Shown here: piece by piece, positions 11,106-21,419 of the stretch
Layout of the letters: the number at the start of each line of letters is the position of its first letter
How positions within the stretch are numbered: the first letter of the stretch is position 1
NCBI GenBank assembly: GCA_977020255.1
Contig: CDROCS010006097.1
Span: forward strand, 1-64,000
From: Obrimoposthia wandeli
Lineage: Eukaryota
DNA length: 64,000 nt
Reading direction: 5' to 3'
Notes under the pieces: generated by a model
What the model was told of the DNA's origin: nothing
Seen by the model: only the letters and a program-made list of their open reading frames with translations
Databases searched by the model: none
Made by a program: the position numbers and the translations under genes

Positions 11106-11294
11106 GCCGGCCGAGGCTCTGGTATTGGTAGCAAGTTAGTAGAAAGGGCGTTGGAGTTTGCCCATGATAAAGGTTGTAAGCGAATGACATTATTAACCGG
11201 TCATGATAATGATGGTGCGCATAGACTTTATCAAAAGCATGGTTTTAGCCAATCGACAATGATTCGTTTTAGTCAATCACTAAACTGGGTATAA
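11106..11294 (+). pseudogene. C-terminal fragment of a GNAT acetyltransferase
   Basis: Reads AGRGSGIGSKLVERALEFAHDKGCKRMTLLTGHDNDGAHRLYQKHGFSQSTMIRFSQSLNWV* (GNAT motifs A and B); in-frame TGA immediately upstream, so the N-terminal half is missing. Confidence 0.7.
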
Positions 11295-11410
11295 CAAAAA
11301 ATATCGAGCCCTTTCAGTAATTGCCAAAAATCGGTTTTATCGAACTTATCATTGTCGAATGGAGACCACTATACACTGGCTTTGGCAGCGGGCTAACATC
11401 GGTCTTAGCC
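11289..11410 (+). repeat. Degenerate attC-like site
   Basis: GTATAAC overlaps the GNAT stop; ATCGAGCCC ... GGGCTAACAT partial inverted boxes; R' degraded to CTTAGCC. Confidence 0.4.
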
Positions 11411-11728
11411 GTTATTGTTAATAGGTATCATTTGAATAAATCAATTATGGTTATCAAGCTGGCGATGGAATTGAAATGTTTACGCGGCTACGACTGAGTT
11501 CAAATGATGCTGTGCTATATACCTCATATAAATATAGAGTTATATAGGTGTCAATTTACAAGGGTAGAATTACAGACGAATCCTATTCGCACCAGTTCTT
11601 ATGGCCATAGTTTCTCCGATGAGCTATACATTTTTGTAGCAGGAATACATGAAATTATTGTGCTTTCTATATTGAGAAATTGGAGTCTATTGGTCGATAA
11701 TAATATTCATTTAGCGAGGTAATAAGTT

Positions 11729-12088
11729 TTGGAATCACTGCTAAAAATATCTTTGGTCATTACAACAGCGGCGGCTTGTTTCTATAGCACTAGAGTTTTC
11801 GGAATCGGCCTTTGGTCGATAGCCTTTCTATTTTTGAGTCTGTTTCTTATCTTGTCAATGTTCTTCAGCAGACTCACTTTATTCGCTAGAATTGTTGCGA
11901 GATTTATGGGAGGTTCTGCGCTAGTAGCGTTTGCTTTACTTATGCTGGCCTCAACCATAGGTGGCTCCTTCCATATGTCTGAGAGTAATGAAAATATAGC
12001 CATTTATTTAGCGGCCATAACATTCTTAGGTTGTTGCTTCTTTTTCGTCAAAGGTGATGAAACGGTAAATAGTAAACAGCGGCAGTAA
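11729..12088 (+). CDS. Small integral membrane hypothetical protein (~4 TM)
   Basis: 119 aa, almost wholly hydrophobic; GAGG RBS upstream of the TTG start. Confidence 0.65.
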   Translation: MESLLKISLVITTAAACFYSTRVFGIGLWSIAFLFLSLFLILSMFFSRLTLFARIVARFMGGSALVAFALLMLASTIGGSFHMSESNENIAIYLAAITFLGCCFFFVKGDETVNSKQRQ

Positions 12089-12183
12089 ACTTGGCTGCGG
12101 GTTATACTTTGAGGAAAATGAATCAAGTTCTAGCTCAATTTCCTATTAAAATTTCAGAGATCAAGGGAGTATAGAAGAGTAGA

Positions 12184-12515
12184 AAAATCATCAGTTTAGT
12201 GGCATCACTTTCTGATTTTTTTTAAACAGTAGGAATATGAGTCATCCGATGAGTTTAGTCATATTTTTAAGGAAAGTGAATTTTTTAAACTTAATAGAAG
12301 ATTCAAAATATTCCACCTTCGTGTATGAAACCGAAGGGATAATAATGGGTTATGTGGCGATAAAAGGTAATAATCCTTTTTGTTTCCCAAGAACTCAAGA
12401 TAAGGCCTTATCAAGGTAACTTTGGGAGGTTGGGATGAATACATGTAAAGCTAAAGTTATACGCTTAGTATCATCAATATATGCCGCCCAAATATATAAA
12501 AAAATGGCCTCGTAG
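12184..12515 (+). pseudogene. Decayed GNAT acetyltransferase (Acetyltransf_10-like)
   Basis: Fragments IISLVASLSDFF* / STFVYETEGIIMGYVAIKGN...QDKALSR*LWEVG...VSSIYAAQIYKK; stops and an apparent deletion. Confidence 0.6.
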
Positions 12516-12668
12516 AGGAGGGCATAGAAGGGGAGGGACGTTATTGGCTTCTAATCGATGGAGTTACGGATATGAAAGGCAAGCGGAAATAACTTGCTAA
12601 AACTGCGTATTTTCCATTCCTAATAGCTGACTTTTGTCGATAGCGGTTACATGGGCAGAAGGCATGCT

Positions 12669-15131
12669 TTATTCTTTCGTACTATCTTTTAGATACTTAA
12701 GCCAGTTATCTACAGGAAGAGGCTTTGAGAAATAATATCCTTGTGCGCGATGACCACCGATGTGTACTAGGGTATCTACATGACTTTGTGTTTCTACACC
12801 TTCTGCAATCACAGATAAACCTAATACTTGTGCCAGCTTTAATACAGTATTGGTTATTTCAAAATCTAGTTTTGATGAGTTTAAATCTTCAATAAAACTG
12901 CGATCGAGTTTGAGGTAGTCGGCGGACAAGTTTTTTAGCACAGAGAGTGAGGAATATCCTGTGCCAAAATCATCAATAGCTATTTTGTAGCCTCGCGCTC
13001 TGAGGGTATCAATTGTTTGTACACATGTAACAAAGTCACGCATCATATCCCGTTCGGTAATTTCTAGTATTAGCTGATGGGGTTGGCAACCGGTTTCATC
13101 GAGGATTATTTGAAGCTGATCAGCGAGGTCTGACATATAAAACATTCGCGCAGAAAAGTTTACCGCGAATGCAATCCCCTCTAAATTTATACCACTGCTT
13201 TGCCACTGGGTAATCAGGGTTGCAACTTTTTTAAACACCCATTTATCAATTGCGATAATGAGGTCTGTCTTCTCGGCAACTTCAAGGAAATCCGCGGGAG
13301 GTAAAAGCCCTAATTTAGGGTGTTCCCAGCGAACCAGTGCTTCAGCGCCTAATACTTTTCTGGTGCGCAGATCTACTTTAGGTTGGAAAAAGACCACAAG
13401 TTCGTCATTTTCAATCGCCTGGTGCAGGCCTACATTTGTTTCAATTAAGTCTGTTACTTCAAGCGTCATCTTATCAGCATAGATGCGGTACTGGTCTTTG
13501 CCATTTCGTTTAGCGTGATACATTGCTGTGTCGGCGTTGCGGATGAGTGTTTCATCATCTTTACCATGTAGTGGGAACTGACACACACCAATACTGGCGG
13601 AAACGAATATATTATTATCGTTAAGGTAATAAGGTTTGCGCAGTGCTTTGTTAATTCGCTCAGAGAGAATTTCTCCGCGCTTTAAACTGGCGTCTACGTT
13701 GATCACAATCATGAACTCATCACCGCCCATTCTAGCGACAAACCCGATGCCAACTATAAGTTCTTTGAGTGTTTTAGAAATGTTGATGAGTAAGTTATCG
13801 CCGGATGTATGGCCTAAAGAATCGTTTATAGTCTTAAATTCATCAATATCTAGATAGATGAGTAAGAAGGATAAGTTTTCCTTTTTTGCTTCAATTATAT
13901 ATTGATTTAGTTTCTTGGTTGCCAATAGCCGATTTGCCAAGCCCGTTAATGGGTCGTGGTGAGCGAGGAAATCGAAATTTTTCTTCTCATCGTTTAAATC
14001 TAAATAGGCATCAGATAAGCGAAGGGACATTGTATTAAATGCGTTCTCAATATGGCTCCACTCATCTGTTCGTCCAAGGTTTATAGGTTTATTGACGCCA
14101 TCGGACTCTAAACCTTCAAACCCCACCTTAAGGTCATCAAGAGGCTTTCGAATATGACGTTTAACCACCAAACTGATCAATAAAAAGGAGAGGAAAAATG
14201 CTAAAATACTGATAAAAATTGCGTTAAATCGCGAGTTTTCTATTTCCTTTTTTAAGTTTTCAGTAAGTTCTACCGCTTGTTTTTGCACGCGGATTTCTGC
14301 GCTTTCAACCATAGAGAGTAGTTCGTTTTGAGAGTTTACTAAGGCTCCAACTACTAACCAGCGTTGTTCTAGATTGGCACGAATACGCCTAAGTGCCGCG
14401 TTGTACTGTCGCACGGTCCGTTTCATGCGTTTTTTCTGATCTTTGACTTGTGGAGTATCTATATCAACGTTTGCCAGATGTAAAAGAAAGATGTCTAGTT
14501 CTTTTTCTACTTCAATGATCAGGATTTTTTCAGTCTCAGGGGTAATGCGACTGTGAATACTACCAACCATTTTACCGGTCATTAGAAACGCTTCTCGCAA
14601 CATACTGATTAAATCGAGTTCATTGTTGTAAATCATGTAGTCAGAATCTTGAATATGCTGCAGCTTCTTTTCTGAAATATATAGTTCTAGTTGGTCCAAT
14701 TGCTCGGCCAGTAAATTATCAATCTTCTGGCTTTTTTTAAGAATACGATTAAGTGAAAGTGAGCTGCCTAAAAATCGATGAAAATTATCGATAAAAACAT
14801 CCATTTTATCGGATAAATCACGGTTAGTTGATAGTTCACGAAGTTTTTGCAGTTGTAAGTCGATAGAAAATGCTTCTTCGGAGAGTGTAGTTTCACTGAA
14901 TAAAAATGCTTGTTCTAATAGCTTTACTCTAGATGTCAGTTTAAATACTCGCCGGCTAATGTCAGAGTTAGCTGTTAAAACAGTTACGTGTTCAGATGCT
15001 TGGGATTTTAAGGTCGACTCCACGTAGTAGAGTGAGCGAATTACAATGAAAATCGCTAAACTTACAATTACCAAGGAAAATAAATTGGCTATTATTAGCC
15101 GCTGAATGATAGATACTTGATTGAGTTTCAT
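12669..15131 (-). CDS. Membrane sensor with periplasmic helical domain, HAMP, GGDEF and EAL domains
   Basis: 2 TM segments, HAMP, HDPLTGLANR, RMGGDEF, GAEALVRW, DDFGTGYSSL; ATG 15131 overlaps the upstream stop (ATGA). Confidence 0.92.
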   Translation of the reverse strand: MKLNQVSIIQRLIIANLFSLVIVSLAIFIVIRSLYYVESTLKSQASEHVTVLTANSDISRRVFKLTSRVKLLEQAFLFSETTLSEEAFSIDLQLQKLRELSTNRDLSDKMDVFIDNFHRFLGSSLSLNRILKKSQKIDNLLAEQLDQLELYISEKKLQHIQDSDYMIYNNELDLISMLREAFLMTGKMVGSIHSRITPETEKILIIEVEKELDIFLLHLANVDIDTPQVKDQKKRMKRTVRQYNAALRRIRANLEQRWLVVGALVNSQNELLSMVESAEIRVQKQAVELTENLKKEIENSRFNAIFISILAFFLSFLLISLVVKRHIRKPLDDLKVGFEGLESDGVNKPINLGRTDEWSHIENAFNTMSLRLSDAYLDLNDEKKNFDFLAHHDPLTGLANRLLATKKLNQYIIEAKKENLSFLLIYLDIDEFKTINDSLGHTSGDNLLINISKTLKELIVGIGFVARMGGDEFMIVINVDASLKRGEILSERINKALRKPYYLNDNNIFVSASIGVCQFPLHGKDDETLIRNADTAMYHAKRNGKDQYRIYADKMTLEVTDLIETNVGLHQAIENDELVVFFQPKVDLRTRKVLGAEALVRWEHPKLGLLPPADFLEVAEKTDLIIAIDKWVFKKVATLITQWQSSGINLEGIAFAVNFSARMFYMSDLADQLQIILDETGCQPHQLILEITERDMMRDFVTCVQTIDTLRARGYKIAIDDFGTGYSSLSVLKNLSADYLKLDRSFIEDLNSSKLDFEITNTVLKLAQVLGLSVIAEGVETQSHVDTLVHIGGHRAQGYYFSKPLPVDNWLKYLKDSTKE

Positions 15132-16268
15132 TGAACTTTCCAAATGCGCAGATACACGTCACGGTAGCCATTTTGAGGATCATAAATTCCGGTATTTTTT
15201 TGATTGATCAACTCATCTACATTATTCGGTGTTACCAAATGGACAGGGGTGGAGTATCCGCTGGGAGGGTGATCATTAAATGCTCTGTTTAGTTCGTCTA
15301 TGATCTGCCATCCCTGTAGATTAAGGGGCTCAGGGACAGTTGCAAGTTGAAAAATTGTTTTGGCTAATTCGTTTATAAGCGGCTTTGCTGCCATCTCCCG
15401 CTGAAATATTTTGTGGGACCTGTTTTTGTCTATCAAGTCTGGCTTCTAATGAAGGTATTGCGTAATCGATATATAGATCATTAATCGATAAGATATGTGT
15501 GATTTCTTCGTCATGTACTTGCCACAGCTTTTTGAAGGTATCTGGCATTTCCTCAGCAATTTTATCTAGGGGAAGTGCTTTTAATTCTAACACCTTGCAT
15601 GTATTACAACGTTTTATTGTCTCCACCATTACTTTGGCTTTAATAGACGCAATTTTGTAGTTTGGATCGTTGAAAACAATCGCTTTAGCTTTTCCTTTAG
15701 AATCTACAATGGCCAACAATGCAGCAACTTCAGCAACCTCGATAGGATCAGTCGTAATATTGGTGAACAATCCCAGTTCATTATTACTCCCAGCGAGTTC
15801 AGATGCGTGCCATCCAATGATAACAATGCCCAAGCTTTTTGCTTGCTTTAGAATGTCTTTATGATGAAGAGCGTCAATGCCACCTAGAATGATAGCGTCA
15901 GGTTTAAAGCCAATAGCTTGTCTTAACGCAGCTCCTTGGCGAACTTTTGAGCCTCGACTATCAATAAATCTCAAATGCCAATCAAGATTTGAGAGTGCTT
16001 CAGACATACCTTTGGCTACGCCATAAACGCCGCCATTTCGAAGATCTGAAGCTATAAAAATAATTTTTTTGTCACGTACGAGACGTGGCCCAGTTGTAGG
16101 ACCATCCCAAGTTCGATTGTTTTCGACCGCCTTGGCTACTTTTTTTTGAGCGATAGAAAAAAAACTATTGTTATCAGTCTCAGCTAATGATGATGAAATA
16201 AAGGCAAAACCAAATACGCTAACTAGGCATCTAATATATTTAATTATCATTGTTTTATTTACATTCAT
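15128..16268 (-). pseudogene. Sugar-type (PBP1) periplasmic binding protein, split by a +1 frameshift
   Basis: ORF 15330-16268 (signal peptide, PBP1 motifs) continues in the frame of ORF 15128-15436 (QLATVPEPLNLQGWQIIDELNRA); removing one base from the A5 run at 15350-15354 fuses them. Confidence 0.75.
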
Positions 16269-16327
16269 ATTTTAGGTTATAGTATTATAGATTAGCATTA
16301 TAAAACAATCTATTAGTGGTGGTAGTC

Positions 16328-17440
16328 ATGGGTCGTCATACTTTTAAGGTATCATTTGTTGCGTTGACATTAGTGTTGATGGTCTTTCCAACGAGTGGCA
16401 TAACGACTGAATTGAATAGTAATACGCCTTCTAATTATCAAGTAGATAAGGATCAACTGGAGAAGTTTCAGGAAATTGTTAGTGCTGACCCGATACCACT
16501 GGTAGATAAAAAGATAAGCACTCCAATTCGTATTGCTGTCATTTATCCAAGTACCGACATATCCGACTTCTGGATACGCAACTACATGGCGATGACTAAG
16601 CGGCTAGCCACACTAAAAATTCCTTTTGAAGTGGATGAATACACCTCTAAACAGATACAGCATTCACTACAAACACAGCACACCCAAACGGTCCTGAACG
16701 CGAAAATGCCTTATGATTTTGTGATTTTTGGCCCATCGGAACTTGCTCATCAAGCGGCCAATATTCAAAAACTGGCGGCTTCCGAAGCATTCAAAACATT
16801 TATTTGGGCGTTTCATACGCCGGATCCAAGCTGGAAGTATCAACCGGATGCATGGTTTGATTTTTCCAGTGCTATGGGGGCGCAAGCGTTATGTGACTAT
16901 GCCATAGAGTCTCTTGGCGAAGATATTAACTTTGCTGCAAACAGAGGGATTCCGGGCATTACCGATACCCAGCGTTCACAAGGGTTTATTGACTGTGTAG
17001 AAGAGAATGCTGGTTGGTTGAATTTGTATGAGCACTTCGGACAATATCAGAAACTCGGTGGTGCTGATGGCGTAAGATTATTTCTTGATAACTTTCCAGA
17101 AGTTCAAATGATTCATAATGCCAACACTGCTATGACGATGGGAGCAGTTGATGCCCTTGGAGAAGCAGGGAAATTGTCGGAGATATTTGTGACTGGCTGG
17201 GGAGGGACGGCGAAAGAAATTGAAAAAATTAAGCAGGGTGAATTGAACGCTACCCCGATGAGAATGAGTGATGATCTGGGCGTGGCAACGGCGGAATCTA
17301 TTAAATTCTACCTCGAGAAAAGAGAGTCGGAAATACCACTTACTTACCTTGGTAGAATCATCGTTGTACATAGTGAAATGAGTGATGCTGAATTAAACTT
17401 CTTCAGCGAAGAAGCATTTCGATATTCAGGTAATAAGTAG
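16328..17440 (+). CDS. luxP: LuxP-like autoinducer-2-binding periplasmic protein
   Basis: IAVIYP..ISDFWIRN, GWGG, MRMSDDLGVATAESIK and C-terminal AFRYSGN match remembered Vibrio LuxP motifs; signal peptide. Confidence 0.8.
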   Translation: MGRHTFKVSFVALTLVLMVFPTSGITTELNSNTPSNYQVDKDQLEKFQEIVSADPIPLVDKKISTPIRIAVIYPSTDISDFWIRNYMAMTKRLATLKIPFEVDEYTSKQIQHSLQTQHTQTVLNAKMPYDFVIFGPSELAHQAANIQKLAASEAFKTFIWAFHTPDPSWKYQPDAWFDFSSAMGAQALCDYAIESLGEDINFAANRGIPGITDTQRSQGFIDCVEENAGWLNLYEHFGQYQKLGGADGVRLFLDNFPEVQMIHNANTAMTMGAVDALGEAGKLSEIFVTGWGGTAKEIEKIKQGELNATPMRMSDDLGVATAESIKFYLEKRESEIPLTYLGRIIVVHSEMSDAELNFFSEEAFRYSGNK

Positions 17441-17848
17441 ACGTTGCGGCCAGTCTACCTTGTGGCTTGCTATTAGATCTCTGTAGTTTCGTGCTGAAGT
17501 GCGGTTAACAGAGTTATTAGCGCGCTAAAATTGACTTGTGTTCTTTATTGTTTGTGTCTTTTACTATGCTTAAAACCTTCATAGCAAATTTACATTAAAT
17601 CAGCGACTCTTTGATAGTTGCTGGTGAATTAGTAATGTTTAGCTCTAGAATTTTATTATGAGTAAATGTCACGGGTAGTGGCGCCCAATATTAATATATC
17701 GAATACTCTATATGACCTGATGAATGGTTAAAGCTAGGATAAATGACATCTATAAGTATAACCAGCTAAGTTGAAGGTCGCTCTAGAGTACTTAAATTTA
17801 ATGTCAGTGTTGAATTTCGTACGAGCTTTAGTTAGATTTATTCACTAA

Positions 17849-18265
17849 ATGTATATCAATTACCCTGAGGCCATAGAATCGATGCGCTATATCCCCAATG
17901 ATCACCAACCAAACTTTTATGACCAAGTATGGCAGCAAGCCCGCCAAGTGCCATTGGGTAAAGTGGCGACATACAGTCAGATAGCGAAAATTTTGCTTCG
18001 GCCAGAAGGTATCAAACTCGAGGAATATAACGAGTTCAGCGCGCGATGGGTAGGAGATGCCATGGCAGCTTGCCCCAGAGATGTACCTTGGCAACGGGTT
18101 ATTAACGCTCAAGGCAAGGTGAGTAATAGAGTTGATTCTCAAAAGCAAAAGCGACTGTTGGAGGAGGAGGGCTTAGTGTTTATTGAGGATAAACTCGATT
18201 TAAGAGTTTATCAGTGGAACAGTGACACTAAGGAAGATGAGCCTATTCAGGCTTCATTGTTTTAA
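17849..18265 (+). CDS. MGMT-family alkyltransferase-like protein (Atl/YbaZ type)
   Basis: VPLGKVATYSQIA, ARWVG, PWQRVINAQG (Trp in place of the catalytic Cys of PCHR). Confidence 0.85.
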   Translation: MYINYPEAIESMRYIPNDHQPNFYDQVWQQARQVPLGKVATYSQIAKILLRPEGIKLEEYNEFSARWVGDAMAACPRDVPWQRVINAQGKVSNRVDSQKQKRLLEEEGLVFIEDKLDLRVYQWNSDTKEDEPIQASLF

Positions 18266-18460
18266 TTTGTTTTAGGCCATACCACTACCAGTGGCTACTC
18301 TCTTTATCTCATCCTAAATTGTAGGATTTATTATTGATATCGTTTAAATGTCAAAGTACCTACCTAGGCATCAGTACTCTCCATTGAATCAGTCTGCATA
18401 AGCGCGCTCGACTACAGTGCACTATACTTATTACACGTTTCTTGGCTAAGGCGTTAATAG

Positions 18461-19441
18461 ATGAGCAAACATAGAATAATCATTTTCATACTTAAGATGA
18501 ATTCGAGATTATGGAATGTCTTCAATGATTTGCCACTGGCGTTTCGTGGCCTAATTCTAGGGCCTCTCATACTAATAATAGCTATCAGTATTAACGAGTG
18601 GATAAATTTGGAATATCCCAGCCGGCCGCCTTCACAATTCAATTCAAACCGTATCCAGCATCCCAATTATCATAATATTGCCACGTTAGCGCTAAGAAAA
18701 TTTTCAGCCTTAACACCTGAGGCAAAAGATAGTTTACTACGCAGGCTAGAAAGCAATATTACGCCAATCGGAGAATGGTTGGCACAGCTGAATAAATTGA
18801 GCTACCAAATGCTCTGTTTGGGTGAGTCGCATGTTGAGTACACACGAAAATTCCTAGCTGAAGAAGTATTCAATAAACATGGTTTTGATACCCTTTATCT
18901 AGAAGCAACAGAAAATCAACTGAGTGAAATAAATCAGCGGTTATCTGCTGATAGTCATTATTACCCAATGTTAGGTGCAGACATTTTACAGTTGCTGCGC
19001 AGCGTAAAAAAACGCAACCCCACTCTTAAGGTTCATGGTATTGAAGTCAATGAGCAACAAATCGCCTCACAGGGGGAATCGAAAAAGTCCCGTGATGACT
19101 TGATTCTGGATAACTTCTGGCTTAACTATAGGCCTCAAACTAACAATATAGTATTGATAGGCGCAATGCATTGTAGCGATTCGGATTCCTGGTTTTATGC
19201 AAAAATGAAACGAGAAATGGCGAAGAATAATATCCAACGAATAAATAATATTCGAGTACTGAGTGAGCACGAAGAAGGGCCAATAGAAGCGTTTGTATAC
19301 TTTTTGGATGAAATCGGCATCGAACAAGCAGATTTTGTTATCACCAACACTGACGTTGTCGCATCTGAAATCCGACAGCTGTTTCCACTGATCACAAAAT
19401 TCATTCTTGAACCCTATCAAACTGTGGTTGTTTACCGATAA
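18461..19441 (+). CDS. Membrane-anchored hypothetical protein, possible EreA/ChaN/TraB-like fold
   Basis: N-terminal TM segment; LCLGESH, LYLE and IGAMH motifs in the spacing typical of that superfamily. Confidence 0.55.
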   Translation: MSKHRIIIFILKMNSRLWNVFNDLPLAFRGLILGPLILIIAISINEWINLEYPSRPPSQFNSNRIQHPNYHNIATLALRKFSALTPEAKDSLLRRLESNITPIGEWLAQLNKLSYQMLCLGESHVEYTRKFLAEEVFNKHGFDTLYLEATENQLSEINQRLSADSHYYPMLGADILQLLRSVKKRNPTLKVHGIEVNEQQIASQGESKKSRDDLILDNFWLNYRPQTNNIVLIGAMHCSDSDSWFYAKMKREMAKNNIQRINNIRVLSEHEEGPIEAFVYFLDEIGIEQADFVITNTDVVASEIRQLFPLITKFILEPYQTVVVYR

Positions 19442-19799
19442 TAGATCAACCTTAGGGGGATATCGCTTAGAGGGCTGAAAAGAGCATATACGTGACGCCA
19501 GTATCTGAAAGGGACAAGCTCTATTCAATGTGATTTGTTAATGCTTATCGCTGAGCTTCCAGTTGCCTGTCAAAGAATCCTTTGGGTAAAGTACTACTTC
19601 AATCACAATTTATTATCTGCACCAGAGGTATTTTAGACAGTCGGCCTATTCCTAAACCAACTCTTAGACTAATGGCTAAGTTCCTATATGACAGATGTTG
19701 AATAAACATTGCCATAAGCACCATTAGCTAAGATCGCTCGTATAGAAAAATTTATAGCCAAGGTTATAAATAACCGTCCTGGGAAGCTTTAGTTTTTTC

Positions 19800-20714
19800 T
19801 TAAATATGTTTGGCGTTCACTTTGGATGGAGACCATTTAATAATGCCCAGCGCAAATATAATACCAACACTGACACTGCTAATGCCTAACTGTTCTGCCC
19901 AGGTAATGCTTTCTTCGAGTAACAGTACGGCTAAAAATAATGTGATAGGCGGGACCAATGCGGCAAATACAGAACCCTTGGAAGAGCCGAGTAGAGTGAT
20001 AGCTTTAGAGTAAAAGAACAAAGCTAAAATAGCTGTCATGACGCCTTGTATCATCCCTTGTTGGAGTAACGTTGTCAGTGACATCTCACCGAGTTGGTTG
20101 GGGAAGTAGCTTAAATATATCGGTAGGTAAATGATTAAAGAGACGACGGAAACCAAGGCTGTCGCCATCCAGGCATCTATGTTCCAATGTTTACATAAGA
20201 GAGTATAGCTAGACCATAAAATACCACAGCAAACAAACATTAGGTCACCTTGTAATGTTGCGCTGGAAATACTGCCAATATTACTGGCGCCGACAACAAG
20301 CACTCCAAAGAAAATACACGAGACGCCAAATAATCGTAATAAACTAATTTTTTCACCAATAAAAAAAACTGAACCTAAAGTGGTACATAACAGCATAGTA
20401 CTGGGGGCAATAATACCAAAGTGCGAGCTAGGGGCGTAAGTTAAGCCTTGTGTTGCCATCAGTACATAAGGTGTTCCAGCACCTAGGGATAGGACGAAAC
20501 CTTTTAATAGTAATGCTTTAGTTAATTTAAAGCGTAGCAGTAGAATAGGTAACAGCAGCGCACCAGCGACAATGAAACGGATTGCAGTAATATCCCAGGG
20601 TGTCACTGACTGTAAAGTGGCCATTTTCGAAAAAACAGGCCACCCTCCCCAGATAAAAGCGGCTAATAAACCAAAGACGATACCATAGACTAGCGAATGT
20701 TTATTGGCAGGCAT
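19800..20714 (-). CDS. DMT/EamA family transporter
   Basis: About 10 TM segments in two EamA repeats. Confidence 0.9.
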   Translation of the reverse strand: MPANKHSLVYGIVFGLLAAFIWGGWPVFSKMATLQSVTPWDITAIRFIVAGALLLPILLLRFKLTKALLLKGFVLSLGAGTPYVLMATQGLTYAPSSHFGIIAPSTMLLCTTLGSVFFIGEKISLLRLFGVSCIFFGVLVVGASNIGSISSATLQGDLMFVCCGILWSSYTLLCKHWNIDAWMATALVSVVSLIIYLPIYLSYFPNQLGEMSLTTLLQQGMIQGVMTAILALFFYSKAITLLGSSKGSVFAALVPPITLFLAVLLLEESITWAEQLGISSVSVGIIFALGIIKWSPSKVNAKHI

Positions 20715-20853
20715 GTGTGCTCCTTTATTAGGTCTGATCAGAAAATTAAGATAGCGCTATTTTATTAGAGTATTTATCTAAATGCGCTGCATTTTCCAAC
20801 TAGTTAAGTAGTATATTATGCGTATAGAGTAACTAAACACAGGAAAGCTGCGT

Positions 20854-21309
20854 ATGGATAACCTGGACTACAACATTCTGCAACAACTACAAGTTAATTG
20901 TAGGCAAAGTACCGAAGAGTTAGGAGCTAAAGTTGGCCTGTCGGCCACGGCTTGCCAAAGACGGATAAAAAAGCTGCGTCAACAAAAGGTGATAACCAGT
21001 GAAGTGGCAATTGTAAATCCACAACAAGTAGCCAATTACTTAACTGTTTTGGTGGATGTAAAATTAGTGAAGGGTGGCGCTCAAACGGTCGATAAATTTA
21101 AGCGTGAAATGCAATTATGTGAGGCAGTACAGCAATGCTACTACCTGGCAGGTGAAGTGGATTTCTCATTAATAGTGAGTATTAAAAATATGCAGCACTA
21201 CGAAGCATTAACTAGAAAATTACTATTAAACAATGCTGATGTGTATACTTTTTTATCTAAGTTCAGCATGGATAACGTCAAAACTAGTTGGCGAATACCG
21301 TTAAACTAA
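20854..21309 (+). CDS. Lrp/AsnC family regulator
   Basis: LDYNILQQLQ..S..ELGAKVGLSATACQRRIKKL HTH plus RAM domain; divergent from EamA. Confidence 0.92.
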   Translation: MDNLDYNILQQLQVNCRQSTEELGAKVGLSATACQRRIKKLRQQKVITSEVAIVNPQQVANYLTVLVDVKLVKGGAQTVDKFKREMQLCEAVQQCYYLAGEVDFSLIVSIKNMQHYEALTRKLLLNNADVYTFLSKFSMDNVKTSWRIPLN

Positions 21310-21419
21310 AGTAGGTCGTGGAGTACAGTGCGTCGGCTATTTACTGGTAGTGGTCATATAGCTGTCTGCTTGTCACCACAGTGATTTCACGTTATCGATT
21401 TAATACTTAGAGTTAACAA

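Noticed and set aside
17441-17848. Short imperfect palindromes between accessory genes (also near 24930-24970)
   Set aside because: Too degenerate to show they belong to one repeat family without a genome-wide search.
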